A stretch of 61,200 nucleotides of DNA, the filler included, from Hausera hauseri (Eukaryota), in NCBI GenBank assembly GCA_046269625.1. It is 11 parts of 11 records of this genome, joined end to end, with 100 filler letters (N's around TTAATTAATTAA, not from the genome) between each part and the next. Parts side by side here need not be neighbours in the genome. Positions count along the whole stretch, not along the records: positions 33,903 to 39,370 come from JBJURY010247515.1; positions 39,471 to 45,951 come from JBJURY010095543.1; positions 46,052 to 50,396 come from JBJURY010624775.1; 8 more parts are not named here. One strand, written 5' to 3'. The position numbers and the translations under genes were made by a program. This document shows positions 34,463-46,877 of the stretch, piece by piece; within the stretch, counting starts at the first letter, position 1, and the number at the start of each line of letters is the position of its first letter. Under the pieces are notes generated by a model. It searched no databases, was not told where the DNA came from, and saw only the letters and a program-made list of their open reading frames with translations.

Positions 34463-37400
34463 ATGTGCAATCTACACAAAAAACTCTTGGCTCAAATCCA
34501 CGAGCCTGAAAATTGCCACAACATTATGAAGAAGTATTTCAACCATATTTACAATAGGGCTGAGAATTATATTTACCCTACATGTGAGGTAGTGTGCCAG
34601 ACCAAATATGAAGACTTTTACAATCCCCATAAACAACACCTGATTTCCTTCACCAAGTCGAAAAAACAAATATTCAATAGCAATATTCGATGCCTAAGGA
34701 AAACCAATGATGCCGTTCATACGTGTATTGCACATGTGCAATACACAACCCTCAGAACTGTCATAATACCATGAGGAGCTATTATGGATACAAATTCAAT
34801 AGGATCCTCTATTATATTTGCCAAGGATGTGAGGCTGTATGTGATGGAGAATACATGCAGTTTTACGAATATCATATTGTCCATTTGACATACTTCAAGT
34901 CAAAGTCAAAGAAGGTCATATTTAATGAGCAGCGTCCTGCTTTGGCGGCACAGACTGCTTCGGCAACACAGCCAGTTGTACACCCTGCTTTGGCAGCAAG
35001 ACCCGACGCATGACTAAAACGCATAGCAGCAGCAGCAGACGATGCTCCATCAAAAAGCCAAAGACAACGGCCAGTTGATGCGGCAGCATTAAAGAGAAAA
35101 TGTCGCAGATATGTTATTGAGGCAGCTGGTCAAACAAACCCTCCAAGACTTCCTCTTATACATAAAGGACAGGACAGAGGGAATTCTTCAGGACAACATG
35201 ACGGAGCTCAAAGCCCTTAAAGTGAATATGAAACTGGAAGTCACATACATCAATGTTGATGGCGAAGAATCCAATAGGGCCTTCAAGACCAAAATTAGAC
35301 CCATATTGGAAAACACCCATATAGCAGAATAAATGCAAGAGGCGCACGAGAAGCTGATCCACGAGGCTGAGGAGAGCCAGGATAAGAAAAGTGAATGGAC
35401 TCTGGCAACCATCAAGAGATTGCTTGTGTATGTGCACAAGTACTCTCCTGTGCGGGGCAGTTCATTTATTCAGCTCCCTGATAGGATTGATAATAAAAAA
35501 GCATGTGTCAATGTCCACAATAACGACAACATGCGTTTCATGTATGCCATTCTATCAAAACTCGTAATGGATCAAAATCATGCTTTACGAGTTTGGCTAT
35601 ATAAGGATGTGCAGCACAATTATGACTTCCAATGTATCAAGTTCCCTCCATCCATAGATGAAGTCAAAAAATTTCGAAAAGTCAACAACATATCCATCAA
35701 TATCTTGGGATTGGATGAGGAGGACAAATTCTATCCCCTGCAGATATGCGATGCTGATTTGGAAGATCAGAGATCTGGTCCTACTAGACGATGGAGAAAA
35801 GAAACATAATGTTTAGACCAAAGACTTTGAGCGGCTGGTCAGATCACAAATTACGAAACATCATGGACAAATAGAAACATGTAAACGATGCTTGTCCAAT
35901 TTCAGCGGCGATGTACCTGTGGAGAAGCTGGAAGCGCACAAGATGTACTGCAACAATAATTATTGTATAAGGCCAGATATTCCCAAGGAGGACTACATCG
36001 AATTCAAGGAGTTCGAGAAGAAGATAAAGGTCCCAATAGTTATCTATTGCGACTTTGAAGCGAGCCTGCGCACAATTCAGAGTTGCATTCCTAATCCACA
36101 ACATAGCAGCACAACGGCATACCAACATCATGAGCTCTCCTCATATTGCATGTATGCGAAAGGACTGGACAGTGAATCATATCTATTCAAGGGTCCAGGC
36201 GCAGGAGATCATTTCGTGAAACGACTTGAAGATATGGCTTACAGGATTGGAGATATGCTGCAGCAGCATAAGGATACAATGAACATGTCGAAGCAGCAAG
36301 AAGAAGAATGGAGCAAGGCAACAGCATGTTACTTGTGCTCCAAATCATTCACTAAGGAAATTATAAAGTCAAGGATCATTGCCATTTTACAGGCAAATAT
36401 CGAGGCGCGGCATGCAATAACTGCAGTCTACGTTGCAAAACATGTACATATGTGCCTGTAGTATTCCATAATCTCAGTGGATATGATTACCATTGCATTG
36501 TTCGGGAACTGGACAGAATTGAAAGAAACATTGATGTGATCCCTAATAATGAGGAAAAACGCATTACATTTACCAAGCATGTTGGAAGAATCAGGCTTCG
36601 CTTCGTAGACAGTTTCCGTTTCATGTCGTCTTCACTTGACAGTTTAGTGAAAAACCACCCTGCAGAAGAAATCAAGGAGACGAAGCGGTTCTTCCCCACT
36701 ACATTTGACCTCGTCAAGAGGAAAGGCATGTTTCCCTACAAATATATAACACCATGTGAAACACTGGATGAGACCTTATTGCCGGCCAAGAAGGACTTTT
36801 ACAGTATCGTCTCTGATTGCGATATCAGTGATACGGACTACCAGAATGCTCAAAACGTCTGGCATGCATTCCAATGCCGAACATTAAGAGAATATATAGA
36901 GATATATACCTCAAGACGGACGTGCTGCTTCTGACGGATGTCTTTGAGAGTTTCAGGGATGTTACGATAAAGAGCCATGCATTGGGTCCAGCTCATTTCT
37001 TTACGGCTCCAGGGATGAGCTGGACAGCTATGCTGAGATATGCAGGTGTCCGGCTGCAAGTCATAAAGATTACTACAAGATCCTCATGATTGAGAGAGGC
37101 ATTAGAAGTGGAATATGCCAGGCCATCCACCAGTAAAGCGAGGCCAACAACAAGTATATGGCCCAGTATGATCCATCCGAGGAATCCTCATATATATCAT
37201 ACCTGGATGCCAACAACCTATATGGATGGGCAATGAGCACCCCATTGCCGTATGATAACTTCAAGTGGGTCGAACATCCTGAAAACATCCCTATATTGGA
37301 TCTGGATCCCACTGGAGATACGGGCTATATACTGAAGGCAGATATGGAATATCCGGCTTCTATCCACACAAGGCATCAACAGCTGTCTTTCCTCCCTGAG

Positions 37401-38385
37401 AGAAAATCTCCGCCCTATGAAAAACATAGAAAGCTGCTCTGCCATATGGATAGTAGGAAGAGATATGTAGTCCACTACATAAATCTCCAGCAGGCGGTCA
37501 GGAATGGACTCCGCATTATTAAGATCCATCGGGCCCTGCAATTCAGCCAGTCCAACTGGCTGCAGCCACATGTAGATCTCAATACAAAACTGCGGACAAA
37601 TGCCAAGAACGACTTTGAGAAGGACCAGTTCAAGCTTTACAACAACAACGTTTTTGGCAAGACCATGGAGAATATCCGCAACAGGATCAACATCGAACTG
37701 GTATCTGAGTGGAAGCGGGCAAAGAAGCTCATTGCCAAGCCTAAATTCCACAGCAGCATCATATATGCGGAGAACTTGGTCAGCATCCATATGCTGGAAA
37801 CATCCTTGCAATTCAACAAGCCTATATATGTGGGTATGGCAATAATGGACCTGTCAAAGACCCTGATGTACAAATTCCACTATGACATCATGGTCCCCAA
37901 GTTCGAGTCCATACAGCTGATGTATATGGATACTGATAGTTTCATCTATCACATCCATACAGATTATATTTATAAGGACTTCGTTAAGTTGGCAGAACAT
38001 ATGGATACCTCGGACTATCCGAAGGATCATCAATTACCAACAAGAAATTCGTTGGGAAATTCAAAGACGAGGTGAACGGGGCAATCAACTCGCGATTTGT
38101 GACTCTTAGGTCCAAAATGTACTCCATTGATATATGTTGTCAAGTAAGGAAGCGGGCTAAAGGGGTTCAAAGGGCGACCTTAGCCAAGAAAATTGGCTTC
38201 AATGACTATGTAAGAGTTCTGCATGAGCAGACTCATATCATGTCAGAGATGCGAAGGATCCAGTCTAGGGCTCGTAACGTTGAGACAGTAACATAACAGA
38301 AGAAAAGCTTAGATTGGATTGATGACAAGAGACAGATCTTGGGTGATGGAATCCATACACTACCTCACGGACATGTGGCATTGTA
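34463..38385 (+). pseudogene. polB: Polinton protein-primed DNA polymerase B with N-terminal extension and endonuclease-VII-like insert; frameshifted
   Basis: GSSFIQLP..I.NKKACVNV.N.DN; IYCDFEA (ExoI); DHCHFTGKYRGAACNNC; FHNLSGYD (ExoII); FVDSFRFMSSSL; RKG.FPY; YLDANNLYGWAM; KLYNN.VFGK; YMDTDS; LRSKMYS; DDKR. Confidence 0.96.
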
Positions 38386-41111
38386 AATATGTACATATTG
38401 TTATTCTTTGTTTAATAAATCTTGTATAAAAATATAGTGTTGTCTTCTTGATCAAGTAATGTGAGATATAGGATAAGGCCAAGTAAAACTATGTAACTAC
38501 TACGCAGGATAAGGCCAACTAATTTCATAACACATTTATTTCATAACAATATAACTTTGGCATAACGCTAAACACTTTTATGGTGTGTGTGGGTGGGTGA
38601 GCGTGTGAGTGGATAAGAAGAAACTTGGGAAATGAATTGGCTATAATATATTTTGTGAGTGTGTGTGTGTGTGGGGGGGGTTAAAGCGCGAGTAACTTCA
38701 GAACTGAATGATTAAGATATATGGTGTGCATGCGCATGTCTGCTTGTAAAATGTAACTAACCTGAGAAAAGGTATAGCTCAGATATGTCTGTGTTTGCTT
38801 GTGCGGGTGTATGTAAAATGAAACTAACTTGGGAAAAAGTAGAGCTCATATATGTCTGTGGGTGCGCATGTGTAAAATACAAGTAATATTTAGCTAATAT
38901 GAGTAATAAGCAGGTAATACATAGGGAGTCTGTATGTGATATAGGAATTATTTAAATAGAATGTATTGGGTATGAAATATAGGCAGCATATATGGGTAAT
39001 CTTCCGGTGCTATATATGTAATATGCTGGTAATATAGATAAAGATAATATATAGGTAACATATGTCCTATCAAAGCAGTGCATGTGAAAGTAATCAATAA
39101 ATCAATACATTAATAAATACGCTCATCAATACAATGCATCTATATATTTATAAATACATTATATATACTTTGGCCATATTTAATTAACTCTATGCACCTA
39201 TATATTTAAGCCTATATACCTATTTAGCTAACTCTATATGCCTATATAGTTAATCCTATACTCGTATTTAGTTCACTGTATACACCTATATAACTAATCC
39301 TATTTGACTTTCCAAACATATTCCATAGAGTGTATCACTTGAAAGGGTTATACATAAACAAAAGTACAAANNNNNNNNNNNNNNNNNNNNNNNNNNNNNN
39401 NNNNNNNNNNNNNNTTAATTAATTAANNNNNNNNNNNNNNNNNNNNNNNNNNNNNNNNNNNNNNNNNNNNCTAAGCTACACCACATTATAAATTACACAA
39501 TGCCAAAAGCCAGCATTTCTGTTCGTGATCAATGAGTGGCATAGGGAGGAATGGCATGCTTTGGTTCCAGCATACTGGAAGACAGGTGACTGGTATTTCA
39601 ATCAGACACATGGACCAGACTTCACAGCATGTGGAGCTGAGGCATAACAAGTGCCCCGTAATCAACAATTTGCAGAACCTTGAAGTACTTGAATTTGACT
39701 TCACAAGCAGAATCAACAATTCTGCTCCTGAAGAAAATATCATCGATCCTCCAGCAGCTAACACGAAGAATCGTAAGGAATTATTCTTGTTTGGTTAACA
39801 CTGATAGATTTTTTCAGTAACAACGTTGTTACTGAAAGAATCACAGACACCTTGAAATCTCAGGAAGCTATGTGCCTCGAGTCAAGATATATCAAGTACA
39901 CGGTCATATTTCCAGCTTGTACATGACACTGTTATCACATTGTACCTTTTATAACTTTTCGTCGGACATGACAACCGACATATCTTGTCCGCCCGAATTT
40001 CAAAACGTAGTCTTACTCCCTCGACATCAAGATAACAACTGCTGCGTTCTCTCTTTCTGACTGCAGTGAACTGTTTTTAAATTCAGTTTACTTCACGCAT
40101 TCACGTGTTTCACTTGTCTATTTTGCATTTGATTGCTGTTGAGTCAAGTACTATAATGGGCCAGAGAGTATAACCGATAAAATTACAATGGACAACTCCA
40201 TCATACTTTTTATTCGCCCATTCTCTCATTTCTTATACACGCTTCCCTAAGCATTCTCACCACAGTTGGCCGTGGGACTAAACTACTGATATAAATGTTT
40301 TCCAGTCACAATAAGTCACACTGTATTATTGATTAAAAGCTAGATGTTCCTCATAAAATCACAGCTTCAGCACACGGTGCTACCTATCTATCTGTCTGTT
40401 TGTCCACGGTTTTCAAATATATAAATTGTTACATCAATTCTTTTTATAGTATCTGTCCCTGTCGCCTGTATTTCCTATTACTAGTTGGTTCAGCCATAGG
40501 TTGCTCCCTTTCTCGTGTACAAAAGATGGGTAATCTGGCTACAGTGATTGGGCTCTCTTAATACGAAAAATAAAAAGAAGCGACTCCTTGTCTTATCATC
40601 TGATGTTCGGTGGTGGGCTGGTCCCCGTACAGGTGAAATGAACAGTCTCTTTTCTCGTTAATGTCAGTGAACCGTTGGCACAGTACTTTCTTTTAAATAA
40701 TATGGCGAGTCTCTCTCTCTAGTTATGTCGGACGGCCCTGGTCCGTCCAGTGTCGAATCTTCCACTGAGACAAATCACGTCTACTCCAACCAAGCGATCT
40801 GTGGCGATTGTCTGTTGTGGTCCGGTCTTGCTATTATAATCTCACAGCTTCCAGAATTTTCCGGCGATTTCCATTGTTCTCTGTCTGTCACGTGATGTTG
40901 CTAATTCATTTTCCATTGTTATCGGAAACACGAAAACGTCCACACTGAAATTCGTTTATATTCTACTATGGTATTTAATTCAATTGTTCAGAAAGTTTTG
41001 TAATTTTTTTTCAAGGTGATAGTTTCTATCCATTACGTTGAAAAAACTATGTCTCTTATTTGCTAATTTCTTCGGAGTTTTGACTCTACCTGGTGTCACA
41101 GAACTAGGTGA

Positions 41112-41335
41112 ATCTTCTTATTCTTCTTTTTATGGTTAGCTGTTGTTTAGAGTTGTCTATACAATTAATCCAGCTTCCCAGATAAATGTTGCTGTCTTGG
41201 TGAGTTCATCTATGCTTCCATACAGCTTAGTGTGAACTGGTGTTTCTGTTGGCCAATGTTCAGTTCGCAGTTGAGTGAATGTATGGCAGTCATGTAGAAC
41301 ATGTTCAACTGTCTGTGCTGTCTTTCTGCATCTGC
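41112..41335 (-). mobile_element. 3' end of a non-LTR retrotransposon (5'-truncated) with an (AAG)-rich tail
   Basis: QTVEHVLHDC...LR..HWP......KLYGS..EL.KT..FI...GL.V* is a typical LINE C-terminal H-x4-C end; it is followed by a short UTR and AAAAAGAAGAATAAGAAGA. Confidence 0.7.
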
Positions 41336-41619
41336 TTCGTGTAAAAAATCTTAACATAACACAGCACGACTCTCTTTCTCTCTTTCAGTGACAGATCTGT
41401 TTACACAACATGTTCTTCGTTCTTTTTTATATATTGTTCGTCCATGCAAATGTTGAATTCTCCTTCATTCTGGAGATTCTTGGCTCAGTGCATGAATCCC
41501 CAAGGCATTGCCGACAACCAGCGCTGCCGTAGATTGGGTGGATTTGTCTTCGAATTTTCCCAAGAAGCGAACTCTAGGCCTTTATTTTTCAATTTCCAAC
41601 TGCCAATTGATATATAATG

Positions 41620-41768
41620 TGCACACGGTGCACGAACGTCCGATCTCACTACCCAGAGTTCAGGTTATACCAATACTATAGGATGTCGGAGATGTAATCT
41701 CGTGCTTCCATTGGGATTTCAACCCCGTACCTCCAGCTCTCGAGGCGGACGCTTTACCCGGAGACCAT
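41620..41768 (-). mobile_element. tRNA-derived SINE-like head
   Basis: Minus strand TGGTCTCCGGGTAAAGCGTCCGCCTCGAGAGCTGGAGGTACGGGGTTGAAATCCC has degenerate Pol III A and B boxes. The 3' extent is uncertain. Confidence 0.55.
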
Positions 41769-43716
41769 GTTTTGTTGTTAGCACAATGCCAGCTTTCATT
41801 GTTTCAGGGTTTGGGTGTTTGGGTGGATTGAGTAGCCAGGCAGGCAGACAGACAAGTCTAAAGGAGCTTTCATCTCGCCTCAAAATTCACCAGCTAACAA
41901 CGATTATCAGGTCGAGTTTTGTAATGGTTAAATCGCCCATCTGCTATCGTATAACACTCAGAGCAACGCTTAACTCCCATATCTACGCTTTCGGGACAAG
42001 AATGCGGATTCATTAAGTCACCCGTCGAATCAGCTGTCCTGTTTGTCTTCCTGAGATCATTCAGTGTGTCAGCTCGGCCCCCTTGCTCTGAGACACCGCT
42101 TCGCAAATCTGCCTGACAGTTCGTTCATTTCCGCTGATTCTCGTTATATCCCGATAGGAAAATTAAAGTGGTGTTGATGTCTTGATAGACTCAACTTGGT
42201 GGCGTGAGGTGGTCGCAAATGCCCGGGGGGAGGGGGGCCTAGGAGGTGGTGTAGCGTAACGTCTTGGGAATTTAGTGAATTTAAACAAGAATGTGTTTTT
42301 TTTTAAGCTTTTAAAGATGAATTTATATTTCGGAAAAAGGATTAAATAATAAGCAATATTTAAAGTCAATTAATAAGAATAATTGTTATAAATTTTTGAA
42401 AATCCACGAAATGTTGAAACTTAAACACAGGTCTGTACCAATTTCAATCATCTTTTCAACACATGTCGAATGACGTGGACAAATTGGACATAATAATTCT
42501 GAAAGTTTTATTCAAATGACGATTTGGAAAAGTGTACAACACTTACTACACCCGTTTACGATTAATATCGGCTTTTTATTTTCATTCATGTCTGAATAAA
42601 AAATTTTTGCCAAACGGATATTCCTACCAGAAATCAAGCAAAAATGGTTTCCTCGTGTCAATCAGAAATTTTTATAACAAATGGTGAACTTTATTTTAAC
42701 GCGTCGATACATGTCTGTGTGCAGAAATGTATTCATTTATTTACTATATAGGATTTTAATGAGTTATAATATTTATTAAATTTAGATTGCGTTTAAATTG
42801 TGGGATAATATATAAATAAGGCATCAACCAAATGTAAAAGAAATTGACACAATATTTTGGTTTTATACAGTATGCTAAAGTTACACAAAAGTCCGCCTGA
42901 TAGTAGAATAACAGACATAACATCTCCAAATTTGAAAAATTCTCAGAATATAGAGCAAATCTCCAAAAAATTCAATTATGTATTATGAAAATATCCTGCC
43001 TGCTATTTTTTCATATCCAATGTAAATATTACCGGATTGTTTTTAAAAAAAAAACTATATGTTATTTACAGTTAGCTAACTTCTAGGCCTGTAAAATTTC
43101 ATTGGTTAACTGATTATAATACTGATTTGAAATCATGAAACAAGCCATAAACAAAGACATATAGTTGATATACAAACAAAATGTTTTTCAACATGTTTTT
43201 CACAATCAAAGTCTATTATATTTCAGTTTGCACACTAAATGAATGTCTGACATTTTGATATTGTACTTAGAGTCGAGTAATGACGATTTCCTTTTTCTTT
43301 TCCTGAAATATAATCAAGTAAAATAAAGAAATATAATTTTAACGTTGGATCGATACAGAAAAAGTTAAAATAGTCAAATAATAAAGGTTAGGTTCGTTCT
43401 ACTTTCTCTAAATGAGTTGAAAACAAATTAAATTATACACCTGAAGATTCAAATTAAATTCAAACGCTGAAATATTCGTGCAAAGAAGAATGATCGGGTC
43501 TGTAACGATCAATTTTCTACGCTGATTTTGTTGTTTCTGATAAAATAGAAGAGTGAATCCTTACTTTAATTTTTTGCGAAATTTGTATTAAATTTTTCTT
43601 CTTATCGTTGGTATTTAAACCAGAAGACTTTACATATTGTCTAAAATGATTTATTTATCATTATAATTTTGATGAAATCTGATATTACATATTTTATATA
43701 CCCTCATGGATTAGAC

Positions 43717-45940
43717 TAGTGATTTTCAACCTGGGCCATACACCCACTGGTAGGCGTTAGAAAATTTTAAGTGGGCGTTGGGATGAAAGTGGACAGCGGG
43801 TGGGCACTATGTGTATATGTAGTAACCAGATTTATTTACAAAAGCGGGATTCTCGCAGATGTCACTTCACTTGGCAGTCTCAAGTGCGAAACAGCAAGTC
43901 AGTCAATGACAGGGTATACATTGTCACACAATCAATTAACACATTCAGTTTAAACTCAAACGAGAAAACAGCGTAGTTAAATATCTGCCGCAAACTAACT
44001 GTGTCTGCATGCAGCTGTATGCCTAACATGAAGCAGACAACGAAACCAGCTATGTACAATATGCACACACTACGAATGCCGCGCATAGCAAAATAACATA
44101 TTTACATTACACACAGTGCAGTGTTCCAGCCTATTCATTCACTTACTCATCTTACAGAGTACGGACAGAACAACTGCTATATATATTAAAGTTTGCACAG
44201 TTTGTATTTTGATTTTATACATACTTTATAAATACATTTGTTTAGCTCAAGATTGAATAAGGACATGTCTCCAAAGAAGAAGTGTTGCCGTCTGTATTCG
44301 TTGGACTATCGCTCATATGGATTTATTGAAGCTCCTAATGACAAGCAAGTTCCAATGTGCCTTATTTGTAAACAAACATTTTCAAATGTGACCATGAAAC
44401 CATCACGACTTTAAGCATATTTAAATGCTATTCTTTTACTGAAAGGATAAACCACTGGAGTATTTTTAAAATCTGCACGAGTAATTCAAGAAGCGGAAAA
44501 CAATTACCACAATGTTTCAAAGAGTCACGCAAAAGTAGTAGACGGACTGGTTGCATCCTACCATGTTTCTGAACTCATAGCAAAGTGGGGTAAACCTCAT
44601 AATATTGCTGAAGCACATACCTTACCAACAGTTCAAGATGTTATTAGAACTGTGGTGCACCAAGATCCGACCGAGGTGCTTAAAGTGTTACCACTAAGTG
44701 ACACGTCCGGTCAGAGGTGTATTGATGAAATGGCGCTAGATATGGAAGAGCAACTGGTTACAATCTTGTGGGTCACTAAATTTTCATTACAAACGGATGA
44801 ATCTACGTTACCTGGAAATGAAGCTTTGTTAATGGCGTATGTCAAATATTTTGCTGAAGACCACAAACAGTTAAGTGAGGATCTGCCCTATTCATTGCAA
44901 ACTGTGATCCATGCTGTAAACAAGGTCAAAGGCAATTCTCTCAATGATCGCCTGTTTCGTCAGCAGTGCGAAAATAATGACGAACAACATAATCGACTTG
45001 TTCTTCATACTGCAGTTCGATGGCTGTCACAAGGCAACTGCTTGGCACGATTTACAAAATTGTTTGACAGCATCCTAAAATTCTTTGAATCTAATGGTGA
45101 CACCACCTTTTGTGAAGAATTGAAAGCTATAAAGAAAGATGCGTTCTACTTTGCAGGAATATTCCAAAAGTTCAATAATATCAGTCTGAAACTTCATGGA
45201 CAGCTTGTAACATTAATCAATTCCAAGTAGGTCATTGTCACATTCAATCAGAAGTTGGTACTGTACCGAAAGAATATCCTTCGGCGAGAGTTTTAGCAGT
45301 TTCCCATTCTGGACTCAGTGAGTGCAGTGATCAAAGCTGAAAACATTGAGAAATTTGCAAGCATATGAAATCCATGGAAATCGATATTGCAGCACGCTTT
45401 TGCGATTTGATCGAGCTGCAAGTACCTGAATGGGTTGTTGACCCATTAAAAGCAAATATTCTGGATGCCGAATTGCAGTTTCAAGGAGAATTGCTGGAAT
45501 TGCAAAATGATGAGGTTGCACATGCCCTTTATAGCAAAGGTGGCTATACCCAAATTTGGCAGCGCGAGGAAATGTTAACTCTGTACCCAAATTTATGGCA
45601 AAAATGAGATTGCTCCTATTGGCCTTTCCCACATCTTACCTCGTCGATTGTGGATTCAGTACAGCAACTAATCTCCTCACCAATCAAAGAAACAATCTGG
45701 ATATTGCTAAAAGGGGTGATTTGAGACTGTTCCTCACCCACCTGAAACCCGACATTAAGTCTTTGGCATCTAAACACCAAGCGCAGGGGTCGCAATGGCT
45801 CTGAAATCTGTAAAACTGTTGTATCATATTCTATTCCATCTTGTCAGTAAACATAGTATTTGTATTTGTATTTTAAATTGTTTGGGGAAAATGTATTTGG
45901 GCGGCAGACTTATTTATAGGTGCAAACATGGAGAAACTGA
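43717..45940 (+). mobile_element. hAT transposon (Buster/Charlie, ZBED8/SCAND3-like), internally deleted and frameshifted
   Basis: TIR-like TAGTGATTTTCAACC after GATTAGAC (NNNTANNN target). Transposase from ATG 44265: PMCLIC..SN..MKPSRL; KPHNIAE; PLS.T...R.IDEMA; FSLQ.DEST; HT.VRWLS.G; AFPTSYLV..GFS; RGDLRL.LT...PDI. The DG..M/HC..H block is missing near 44880. Confidence 0.93.
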
Positions 45941-46877
45941 GCGTTAGGCTANNNNNNNNNNNNNNNNNNNNNNNNNNNNNNNNNNNNNNNNNNNNTTAAT
46001 TAATTAANNNNNNNNNNNNNNNNNNNNNNNNNNNNNNNNNNNNNNNNNNNNTGTACTTAAGACACAGGGGCCGTAATAACGTAAATGTGCTCCTAGGGGA
46101 ACAAACCGCCCCACATGCCGCGCGCACCAGGGACTTGTATCCTGTCGTTCACGGTCCTGGGAAATGTAAAAGGGCTTTTCTGTATTCCCGGGCCTTGCTG
46201 GGCCAAGTCCTATCTTTATGGTGATTTTCGCCTTTGAATTTACCTACCCCGATCCTATTGGAGATTCCAGGGTAGTCTTGTCTGTGTCTGGGGGAGCACC
46301 GCTACTTGAACCGTGAGTTGCCGTGGCTGTCTCACCATGTTCTGGCTTGAACTCAACATCATCAAGCGTCAGCTTTTCCGGATGAGCCCTAATAAAGGAT
46401 GTTCCAGTCCCAAGAAGGACCACGCAGGAAAGTCGCCCGGTGGTGTCTAGGAGGAGGGCCTGGCAATGTGAATCAGGCTCAGCTATGGGTCACCAACCAT
46501 ACAGAACTTCCGTCCCGGGCTCTCACACCTAGAATGTGCCAGCTTTACTCCACACATCCTTGTGAAATACCAGCTGTGACCTGAGACCGTCTACGACGTG
46601 AAACTTGATGTGCAAGGCAACAATTATTCACATGGAGTATATATGCTTCAACATGTTGATGACTGTTGCCATTCATTTGTTCGCAGTACAAAAGTCTTTT
46701 CTGTGCGGAGCCTCAGTTAGGTAAATCCATCTTTACCTTTTCTCGATGTCTCATCAACACTGTTGCTAAGCCCTGCATAACATTTTTTCCCCCTGAGATT
46801 AACAGAAGATTAATTAATGAGCTTTCTAATGTGCCAATGAACCCTGGCTTCCATGCGTCCATGAAACTTGCTTCTTT

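Noticed and set aside
37218-37811. 197-aa antisense ORF within polB, and similar shadow ORFs over X, env and pol
   Set aside because: No motifs; explained by codon bias on the coding strand. Many track 'M' starts are TTG/GTG.
41712-41768. Functional tRNA gene
   Set aside because: The B box is degenerate and there is no acceptor stem; treated as a SINE head.
46052-46877. LINE 5' UTR or endonuclease fragment
   Set aside because: Composition differs from the flanking ORF, but I could not read a convincing motif in any frame.
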